Origin: Parabacteroides distasonis
Lineage (GTDB): Bacteria; Spirochaetota; Spirochaetia; Treponematales; Treponemataceae
Direction: 5' to 3'
Assembly (NCBI GenBank): GCA_963659855.1
Contig: CAVKVK010000001.1
Location: 18,850 to 82,849, forward strand
DNA: 64,000 bases
Part shown: piece after piece, positions 48,201-55,791 of the stretch
Layout of the letters: each line of letters starts with the position of its first letter
Position numbering within the stretch: the stretch's first letter is position 1
Program-made: the position numbers and the translations under genes
The notes under the pieces: generated by a model
The model's input: the letters and a program-made list of their open reading frames with translations, nothing else
The model's database searches: none
Told to the model about the DNA's origin: nothing

Positions 48201-51200
48201 ATATCGATTGTGGAATTGGTATCAATATTAAAGGTGATACAGTTTTTGATGATGAATGGGCAAAAGGTCTAACTGTTCTTGTTCGTGCAGATGGAAAAGA
48301 TACATTAAATATTTACGGTGCTATAGCCGTAAAAAGACTTAGTGAAAACAACCAGCACTCATTAAATGTTCTTTCTGCTTTTGAAAATCTTTACAATGCG
48401 GCAAAAGAAGCAGGTCTTGAAATTGAAGACGCTCCATACATTGAAGAAAAGAAACAGGAACTTGCAATCACGTCAAATTCGTTTGAGTCAGTTCTTGAAG
48501 AAAAAAATGTTGATAACGTTTCTGAAGAATATTCTCCAAAATATCCTGAATATGCAAAAAATCGTTTTGTGCTGGAAACTGGACACAAAGACGGCTGGGC
48601 TATAAATAACAATCATCTTGTAATATGGGATAAACTTTTGAATCGAAGCGCTCGTTCTGGCGGATTTTTTAATAATGAACAGGGAAGAGCCGCTGGTGAA
48701 AAAGAACTTGCAGAAAAAATAGAAGCAGTCGCAAAAGAAGAAAACGCAGCACTTGAAAGAACCTATGAAGGCAATGGTGTTTATTCTTGCCAGTTGCATA
48801 GACCTTATACAATTACAGATACAAGAGCCACCACTCACGAAATGTTTTTTGTGGAATTAAAAAATATTTCTGATAAAACTTCTGGTCTTATTGTATCGGG
48901 AATACGAGAAAGCGAAACTGGAATGATAAAAAATGATGCAATAAATTTTGCTAAAGAAATTGACTATAGTTTTGAGCAAGGAACTTGCATTAAATTCAAT
49001 CCTGTAGACCTTTATAAAACGGCAGCCCAAGTAGCAAGCCAAGAAAACATCAATCTGACAAAAATAGCTATTCTTGCAGAAAAAATGGGAACACAGATTG
49101 TTGTGCAGGAAGGCGACGACATATCAAGATATGCGTTTGCATTGGATTTTGCAAAGAAACACAATCTTCCAGTTTATTTTGAGGATAATGAAATAGCACA
49201 CAAGATTGCCGAAAATATTGCTGATGTAAAATTCTTTCAGAACCAGTCAGACTTGATTAAGCTGCTAGAAAATACTGAACAGCAAAATAAAAACGAACAG
49301 TCCAAGAAAAAATCATCAAAATCCAGCCAGAAAAAAATCCGCGAGCAGTGCCGTGAGATTCTCAAGAAGCCTGATTCTGAAATCACCGAAGATGACAAGA
49401 AGATTCTTGCCCAATACGAGGGCGGTGGCGGGCTTGATGAGGAGAAACGCACAAATGCGGAAGTCCTCAACGCTTTTTATACGCCGGGCAGCCTTATAGA
49501 TAAGGTCTGGACTCTTGTTGACGCTTATGCTCCGGATGCAAAATCTGTCCTTGAGCCGTCAGCTGGAGTCGGACGTTTTGCAAAAGACCGGCCGGACAAT
49601 GAATTCACAATGTATGAGCTTGACGAGACTTCCGCAAGAATCAACAAAATTCTTCACCCGGAAGCGAATGTGATTCAGGGTGCTTTCCAGAAGCAGTTCC
49701 TTGATGACGGCGAGCGTTTCCTTAAAATCGGATACGAGCAGCCTAAGCATGATGTTGTAATCGGAAACCCGCCTTATGGAAAATACAACGACAAGTATAA
49801 AGGTCTAGGCGAGGGAAAAGAATTTGACCGCTATGAGGAATATTTCATTTCACGTGGACTGGAAGCCCTCAAAGATGAAAAATCTGTTCTTGCGTTTGTT
49901 GTTCCGTCAGGATTTCTAGACACTGCCGATGACAGGCAGAAGAAAATCATCGCCTCAAAAGGTGAAATTTTAGACGCATACAGGCTGCCGGAAGGAACTT
50001 TTGAGACAACAGAAGTCGGAACTGACATTCTGATTATGCGGAAAAAAGAAGGCATTGACGATAGGGAAAATATTTCCAGCGAGCTTTTGTCAAACGGAGA
50101 ATGGTTCAAGAACCATCCAGAGAAAATCTTGGGCGAAGTGAAAACCCGCACAAACCGGTTCGGAAAGGAAGAAAAGTATGTCGCAGCCCACGAGGGGCTT
50201 TCCATCCAGGAAGAACTGAACAAGATTGACAGTTTTGTTGCTGATATAAAAAAGGCTAATCAGACTGAAAAATCAAAAGAACCAGAATTCAGTTCTGCAG
50301 AGAAAAAAACAGAAATCATTTCAAGCCCGGAAGTTCTTACAGATGAATTTGCTGAAAATATTACCAATTTTAAAAATTCTCTCAACAGCTATTTTGAGAA
50401 AGGAATTCGCCCGGAAAACGACCGTTTTGTAATCGGACAAACTCCTCTTGTTCTACAAAAAATTGGCAGTGATGTTACAGAGGTTACTGTTCCAGTATCT
50501 GTAATAAAAAAGTCAGTAGAAACTCACGGATTATCACAAGATGAAATCTTCAGTTCGGTTGCAAAAATGTATAATCCAGTTCTTGTTTTTGATTCAGATA
50601 AGACTGCGACAGAAAATAAGGTAGATTCAAAACTTATTCTTACAGATGTGTTCAAGGATGAAAACCCTATTGCACTTGCGGTCAACACAAATTCCACGGT
50701 TGATATAAACAATCGAGGTTTGACAATTGAAGTTCAAGATATTCGTTCTATTCACGACAGAACTCTAATTGCAAAAAATGGAACTGATTTGATTCAGAAA
50801 TGGACAAATGACGGACTTTGCAGATATGTGAACGACAAAAAAATATCCGATTGGAGTACCGTCGCAAGGGTACAATTCCCTGTTGAGCTCCTCCAATCGG
50901 ATAGTCAAAATATACTCACAAACTCTGCTCTTGTCAACAGTAATTTCTCAGAACAAGCCCAGTTTAAAGAAAGTGAAAAGACAGAGCCTAAAAAACAAGA
51001 ATCCCCAGACATGAAAAAAAGAAGGCGGAATATCTCAAAGAAAAAGGGCGATGTCATGAACTCAGAGGAATTCTCCCATCTGTACGGACGCGACTTTGAC
51101 GAGCGAGAATTTCCAATCTGGAAGGCGACAGACTGGCAGGGCAATATCGACCTCTCAAAACTTTCCAGCGGTGACATTCAGTATCTTTCTGAAAGCGGAA

Positions 51201-54200
51201 AATATGTTGAGAAGAACATCGGCGAATGGACCCACAGGGAGCTTTTTGCTAGCGGCGATATTTATGAAAAACTCCAGGAACAAAGAGAGCTTCTTGAAAA
51301 ATCCGGCGGAAACCAGATTTTTGCGGATAACATACGGCTGCTTGAATCAATAAAAAAAGAGCCGCTTGAAATTTCCAGAATTCACTTTGGCGTGAAGACA
51401 TCTCTCGCCGAAAGCTTCAATATTGGGCATATCGATGCGGAAGGAAACAAAGTCGAACTGAATCTTCAGGAATCATTCATTCTTTGGGCGCAGAATTCGA
51501 GACTTTCAGACCAGAAATGGAGGGGCGACATTGACTTTGCGACAGCGAATATCTCGCGCGAGGAGCTTGGAGAGGAACTCGGCTTCTATGACATCGTGAA
51601 CTACATAGACGGAAAGCCTGTGAAGGCGGAAGCTGTCAGAGGCTGGCGCACTTGGGATATGAACGAGGAAGAGAAGGCTGCTGAAAAAGCGGAGCGCAAA
51701 AAGGAAGCCGACTTGAAACGACAGGCAAGAAGCGACACTGCAAACAGGCTTTTTGACCGTTATATCCACGAAGGACTTTCTGAACCTGACAAGGCAAGGC
51801 TCTCTTCTGAATACAACCGCCGGTTCAACTCTTACGTAGCACCTGACTACTCAAAGCTGCCTCTTTTTGTTGACGGAATGAGCGCATACAAGGGCGAGTC
51901 AAAATTCAAACTGTACGACCAGCAGATAAAAGGAATCTCATTCCTTTGCAACAAGGGAAACGGAATTCTCGCCTATGATGTCGGAGTCGGAAAAACAGCC
52001 GCTGGAATTGTCGCGACAGTGAACCAGATTCAGACAGGAAGAAGCAAACGGCCGCTTATCATTGTTCCGAACCAGGTCTATTCAAAATGGTATACAGACA
52101 TAAGGCAGCTTTTCCCGAATATAAAAGTGAACGACCTCTATAATTTCGGGAAAGATTCTGTTGAAAAATATATTGACCCTAAAAATCCTCACTGCCTGAA
52201 TATTCCAGAAAACTCAATTTCGCTGTGCACATACGAGGCTTTGAAGAATATCACTTTCAACGACGAGTCCTGCGAGAACGAGCTTTATGAGGATTTCTCA
52301 AGTCTTCTGAGCGCGGACATGGACGGAAGCACAAGGAACAATGCTGAAAACTCCGACAAAATCAAGGGTGTAATCGGTGCCGCAAGCCATGTAAAGGACT
52401 CTGGATATTTCTTCTATGAGGACTGCGGGTTTGACAATCTTACAGTGGACGAGGCGCACAACTTTAAGAATCTGTGGGTAGTCCCACGCCCAAAGAAAAA
52501 GGGCGAGTCAAACGAGTATGCAGGAATTCCAAGCGGAAAACCGTCCTCTCGCGCGCTGAAAATGTATGGAATGACGCAGCTGACACAGCGGCACAACGAC
52601 GACAGGAATGTGTTCATGCTGACAGCGACTCCGTTCTCAAACAGTCCGACAGAAGTCTACACAATGCTTTCCTATGTCGGCCGTGAGCGCTTGAAGCAGG
52701 CAGGAATCACTTCGCTTCGCACATTCTTTGACGAATTTGCACAGACAAAGCAGGAACTTGGCGTAACCTCAGCCGGAAACATCGACACAAAGCAGGTTAT
52801 GAAAAGCTGGAAGGAACTTTCCGCACTGCAGAATATTCTTACAGAATTTATTGACAAGGTTGACGGCGAGGAAGCTGGAATAATTCGCCCGAACAAATTC
52901 ACACACGTGAAGCCTCTTGATATGTCTGACCTGCAGAAAGAAATGCGCGAGATTGATGAAGAGCGCATGGCAGAAATAAAAGAAGGCAACAGCGCGGCTG
53001 TGATTGTCGCAATGAACAATATGCGGCTTTCCTGCGTCGCTCCGGCTCTTGCGAATCCGGCTATGTATCCTGGCATTGAGCTTCCTCCGCTTTCAAAACT
53101 TGTCGAAACTTCTCCAAAACTGAAATTTGTATGCGATGCAATAATCGATATGTACAAGGGCAACCCAGAAAAAGGTCAGTTCATGTATGTTCCGCTTGGA
53201 AAAGAAAGCCACGGAATCATAAAGGATTACCTTATTGCGCACGGAGTGCCAAAGGAAGCCGTAGAAATCATAAATGGAGAAGTTAACAATACGCCGGAAA
53301 AGAAAGAGAAAATCACTTCCTGCTTCAATGACGAGAAAAATCCGTGCAAAATCATTATCGGAGGACGGAACACAGCCGAAGGAATCGACCTTAACGGAAA
53401 CAGCTTTGTCATGTACAACTGCTCGCTTGGCTGGAATCCGAGCGAGACAATCCAGGCGGAAGGAAGAATCTGGAGGCAGGGCAACCTTCAGGGAAATGTC
53501 CACATTGTCTATCCTGTAATGAATGATTCAATTGACTCTGTCCTTTACCAGAAGCACGACGAGAAGCGAAGCCGCATAAACGAGCTTTGGAATTACAAGG
53601 GCGATTCTCTTAATGTGGAGGACATCAATCCGGAAGATCTGAAGCTTGACCTTATAAAAGACCCGCAGAAGAAGGCTAAGCTTATCTTGCAGGAAGAAAC
53701 AAAGGAAGCCCGTGCGGAGCTTTCAAAACTGAACCTAAAAATCAGGTCTTTTGACGAGATAATTGAAAAGCGCAAACAGCTTGAGCTTGACTTCTCGAAT
53801 GCGAAGGAATCCGTTGACTATCGGAAGAATCAGATAGAGTCCTATAAAGAAAGCGGTCTTGATGTTCCTGAATGGATAAAGTCAGAGATTAAAGACTGCA
53901 ACAAGAAATTTGCAAAGGCAGAAACAAGTCTTGAAAAAGTCAATGAAAAACTTCTCTCTCTTAAAATCACGGATCCAGAGAAAGAAACGGAATATATCCA
54001 CAGCTTAAACAGTCAGAGGCACGCCTGCGAGGAAAAAATTAGACATACAAAAATGACCCTGCCGCAGATTCTGAAAAAACTGGAGATAGAACGGATGGAG
54101 CAGAAACTCATTGAATATCCTGTTGAGAAACAGCGAGAAATTCTTGAGGCGGATATTCTGAACAATCTCCGGCCGATGAAAGAGGTTGAATATGAGATTA

Positions 54201-55771
54201 AGACAATGCGCCATGAGGCTATGCTTTCAGAAAAACTCAAGGCCGGTGAAATCTCTAGGAGTGATTACGAGCTTTACAAAAATGCCGGATATGAAAAATA
54301 TGAGAAATGGCTGAACGGCGAGATTGAATCGCTGGAAGAAACCACTGTAAAAGATGAGGTTTCCAATGTGGCTGCTGAAGTGATTTCAGGACAAGACAAG
54401 ACTGTATCTGTTCAAAACGAAAATGTCCCAGAAAATCCAACAGTAAAAAATCCTGAGCTGAAAGACCTGAAAAAAGCCACTGAAAAAACAGAGCCTGAAA
54501 AGCAGGAGAACCAAGAAATGAATTCATTCTACTCAGACCCAGGAAGCCTTTTCTTTGACTCCAAGTTTGCCGTGCACTCGATTGAAAACGAATACAGAAA
54601 ATCCGCTCCGTATGACGACTTCTTGATAACAGAACGCCAGCTTACAGAATCAGAGATGAAGCGCGACGAGATAATATTCCCGGTTCTTAACGGAAAAGAG
54701 ACAGGAATGTACAAGGCTTTCAAGGATTTTGCCGAGCATGGTGTTTTTGACATCCAAGGAAAGCATGTTGAGCTTGACGATTCAGGAAGAATTTCCCAGA
54801 CAGGCTGGAATCAGCTTCAGTCAGCGATGGAAATCTACAGAAACAAGCAGTTCGAGACATTCCGCTATGTTCTCATTGACCATGAAAACGGAGAGATAAA
54901 GGACCAGCTTGCAGTAAAGTCGTATTCTCCAAACAGTTGCGCTCTCACTACACCTGACTTAAAGACAATAAAGCAGGTCTTGACGCGCGCAGAGGAGCTT
55001 GACTGCATGATTGTGGCGGTTCACAACCATCCGAGCGGAAATACAGCTGAAAGCTCGTTTGATGTGAAAACGACTGAATCCTTGATGAGAAACTGCACAA
55101 AGGAAAACGGATTCTGCCGTTTTGCAGGACACATAATTCTTGACCACGACACGTTCAACCTTTACACGCCAGAAAACGGATGGAACGAAAAACTGAATTC
55201 AAATGCCTATGAAAATCTTGAGGATGAGCTACTGAACAGTAATTTCGTATTCTCAAAGGATTATGTCGGATATACCTGGCAGCTTGAAAATGTCGCAAGG
55301 AAGATAAACGACAGGAACAACTGGAATGACAATTTTATTCCTGTTGTCTTTGCTGATTCAATGAACAAGGTTTCTGGAATCAAGCTGTACGACAAGTCAT
55401 TTTTTGACAACGAGCCTCAGAAAATTAGAAACGAGCTTCAGTTCTCAGGTCTTGAGGCGAATTCTGTAAAGGCGTTCCCAGTCATCACAAAGAATTTTGC
55501 GGAAACGATGTCAGCTGTTGACGAGCTTCTTTTCGAGGACAAGCTGAAAAATCTTGTGGAGAACAGCGCGTTCATAGACGCAGCCTTGCCGGAATCAACT
55601 GTAACGGAAAAATTCAACATTCTTCCTGGAAGACAATACTTTGATGTCCACAGTGCGAAGATGAGAAATCCAGACATCGAGGCGACCTGGCAGACAAGAA
55701 TAAATCCGGCGCTTTTCAGCGAGCCGGAACAGAATGTAATGCGCAAAAAAGAAGTCGCATTTGAAAGATAA
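45221..55771 (+). CDS. Giant polyvalent DarB-like protein: DUF2958-like, N6-adenine MTase, MuF-C-like nuclease, SNF2 helicase and JAB/RadC domains
   Basis: AEWGYLNLDEL (~46200); VLEPSAGVGRF (~49550) and GNPPY (~49765); IGQTP...HGL...IRSIH (~50430-50760); GVGKT, DEAH, TATP, QAEGRIWRQGN; HNHPSG...D...HII (~55020-55140). Confidence 0.85.
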   Translation: MANIHFEIFDNADFGNKNIRFSEAPAQEQRDFLKQNGYSFTTQYGGVWYPRTQEAKDRNADFVNEFAEKFYPETSKKTQSDMIDQIAKQALEKNSAENDSHSNDDRIAYLENLIAELKEERRHDLERISRLEAALENQNEKDTRLEMQIEQDELNSEAEWEKENTLTDEEENAYIEKQSETNIFSEKIEITSGMMDALYEAAEKESMSDEPQAEKEILHGQEEPDEDDLTVSPKELAAAKSVLPTVQYVSTLKFAQGEEREFFVHKIKEIAAAVENAPKINETDGLEEHRIVLRYFHPSGTQSFVTEIGRDGNAYGFQCLNDDWENAEWGYLNLDELKNIRGMEVDFHVPAGMTVEKFIQKENAEQYSAENETSEIPNEARITWNDILQVAEGSHWNDEANSVYNNARNQLAEYAKNLGVDIENSESPEESAETFAAAHGEISFSKDGSLVIDEIENSSARDLEKKGNHEKPVSEFSADEASRLSEEKYGFYFEYSDDEEVADIYSAKDGDFVGSYGEDGFGYADDLSGNAPSTKIPDENFREVLELAEIFYHKKSEEYENLIEAENGQMMTSAEAYEWNEEQKMQHSQENDEREAEEANKDFELTKRLNEIVSEIKNSDFTLESKYENGKHEIVLINKDGAEIFSARENDNIVIPVEHTIAAWANDEASEKAKSLADEFFNLVCEDKIRGGDYVNAVFKKEETEISQKEIEQEKASIQRKIQQLKDELNNPDNQKGGAYYDEQQDSQVKEYLETLENLTDEDIKNQILWKKETQKENQETHNRVVEQMMEEKEKNETPQEGELFSYNEKNPIYSVGNKETQTETAIQPTGNLSENVKKLGSLKTISEADDIIEKIKSSGFDILSTESRIIIFDEDKYYDFNRATSYFNYETKKIEFDLDRRNLNEWDFRDYIKNGLKITKRMKDFAKIENRNVSEEEKAIDKTEKNQAAAENPETNYFVKSTAEFSQFEDFKPITGLTADEAVAKYSELQQQNIDCGIGINIKGDTVFDDEWAKGLTVLVRADGKDTLNIYGAIAVKRLSENNQHSLNVLSAFENLYNAAKEAGLEIEDAPYIEEKKQELAITSNSFESVLEEKNVDNVSEEYSPKYPEYAKNRFVLETGHKDGWAINNNHLVIWDKLLNRSARSGGFFNNEQGRAAGEKELAEKIEAVAKEENAALERTYEGNGVYSCQLHRPYTITDTRATTHEMFFVELKNISDKTSGLIVSGIRESETGMIKNDAINFAKEIDYSFEQGTCIKFNPVDLYKTAAQVASQENINLTKIAILAEKMGTQIVVQEGDDISRYAFALDFAKKHNLPVYFEDNEIAHKIAENIADVKFFQNQSDLIKLLENTEQQNKNEQSKKKSSKSSQKKIREQCREILKKPDSEITEDDKKILAQYEGGGGLDEEKRTNAEVLNAFYTPGSLIDKVWTLVDAYAPDAKSVLEPSAGVGRFAKDRPDNEFTMYELDETSARINKILHPEANVIQGAFQKQFLDDGERFLKIGYEQPKHDVVIGNPPYGKYNDKYKGLGEGKEFDRYEEYFISRGLEALKDEKSVLAFVVPSGFLDTADDRQKKIIASKGEILDAYRLPEGTFETTEVGTDILIMRKKEGIDDRENISSELLSNGEWFKNHPEKILGEVKTRTNRFGKEEKYVAAHEGLSIQEELNKIDSFVADIKKANQTEKSKEPEFSSAEKKTEIISSPEVLTDEFAENITNFKNSLNSYFEKGIRPENDRFVIGQTPLVLQKIGSDVTEVTVPVSVIKKSVETHGLSQDEIFSSVAKMYNPVLVFDSDKTATENKVDSKLILTDVFKDENPIALAVNTNSTVDINNRGLTIEVQDIRSIHDRTLIAKNGTDLIQKWTNDGLCRYVNDKKISDWSTVARVQFPVELLQSDSQNILTNSALVNSNFSEQAQFKESEKTEPKKQESPDMKKRRRNISKKKGDVMNSEEFSHLYGRDFDEREFPIWKATDWQGNIDLSKLSSGDIQYLSESGKYVEKNIGEWTHRELFASGDIYEKLQEQRELLEKSGGNQIFADNIRLLESIKKEPLEISRIHFGVKTSLAESFNIGHIDAEGNKVELNLQESFILWAQNSRLSDQKWRGDIDFATANISREELGEELGFYDIVNYIDGKPVKAEAVRGWRTWDMNEEEKAAEKAERKKEADLKRQARSDTANRLFDRYIHEGLSEPDKARLSSEYNRRFNSYVAPDYSKLPLFVDGMSAYKGESKFKLYDQQIKGISFLCNKGNGILAYDVGVGKTAAGIVATVNQIQTGRSKRPLIIVPNQVYSKWYTDIRQLFPNIKVNDLYNFGKDSVEKYIDPKNPHCLNIPENSISLCTYEALKNITFNDESCENELYEDFSSLLSADMDGSTRNNAENSDKIKGVIGAASHVKDSGYFFYEDCGFDNLTVDEAHNFKNLWVVPRPKKKGESNEYAGIPSGKPSSRALKMYGMTQLTQRHNDDRNVFMLTATPFSNSPTEVYTMLSYVGRERLKQAGITSLRTFFDEFAQTKQELGVTSAGNIDTKQVMKSWKELSALQNILTEFIDKVDGEEAGIIRPNKFTHVKPLDMSDLQKEMREIDEERMAEIKEGNSAAVIVAMNNMRLSCVAPALANPAMYPGIELPPLSKLVETSPKLKFVCDAIIDMYKGNPEKGQFMYVPLGKESHGIIKDYLIAHGVPKEAVEIINGEVNNTPEKKEKITSCFNDEKNPCKIIIGGRNTAEGIDLNGNSFVMYNCSLGWNPSETIQAEGRIWRQGNLQGNVHIVYPVMNDSIDSVLYQKHDEKRSRINELWNYKGDSLNVEDINPEDLKLDLIKDPQKKAKLILQEETKEARAELSKLNLKIRSFDEIIEKRKQLELDFSNAKESVDYRKNQIESYKESGLDVPEWIKSEIKDCNKKFAKAETSLEKVNEKLLSLKITDPEKETEYIHSLNSQRHACEEKIRHTKMTLPQILKKLEIERMEQKLIEYPVEKQREILEADILNNLRPMKEVEYEIKTMRHEAMLSEKLKAGEISRSDYELYKNAGYEKYEKWLNGEIESLEETTVKDEVSNVAAEVISGQDKTVSVQNENVPENPTVKNPELKDLKKATEKTEPEKQENQEMNSFYSDPGSLFFDSKFAVHSIENEYRKSAPYDDFLITERQLTESEMKRDEIIFPVLNGKETGMYKAFKDFAEHGVFDIQGKHVELDDSGRISQTGWNQLQSAMEIYRNKQFETFRYVLIDHENGEIKDQLAVKSYSPNSCALTTPDLKTIKQVLTRAEELDCMIVAVHNHPSGNTAESSFDVKTTESLMRNCTKENGFCRFAGHIILDHDTFNLYTPENGWNEKLNSNAYENLEDELLNSNFVFSKDYVGYTWQLENVARKINDRNNWNDNFIPVVFADSMNKVSGIKLYDKSFFDNEPQKIRNELQFSGLEANSVKAFPVITKNFAETMSAVDELLFEDKLKNLVENSAFIDAALPESTVTEKFNILPGRQYFDVHSAKMRNPDIEATWQTRINPALFSEPEQNVMRKKEVAFER
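50837..50903 (-). ncRNA. Candidate embedded antisense sRNA C
   Basis: TTGACA (50932-50937), 17-nt spacer, TATATT (50909-50914). Perfect 13-bp terminal stem 50844-50856/50891-50903, followed by U7. Confidence 0.65.
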
Positions 55772-55791
55772 ATTTTTACCTGGAGAAAAAC

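Noticed and set aside
49850..52910. Isolated CACGTG hexamers within the giant ORF
   Set aside because: They lack the palindrome arms and are expected by chance.
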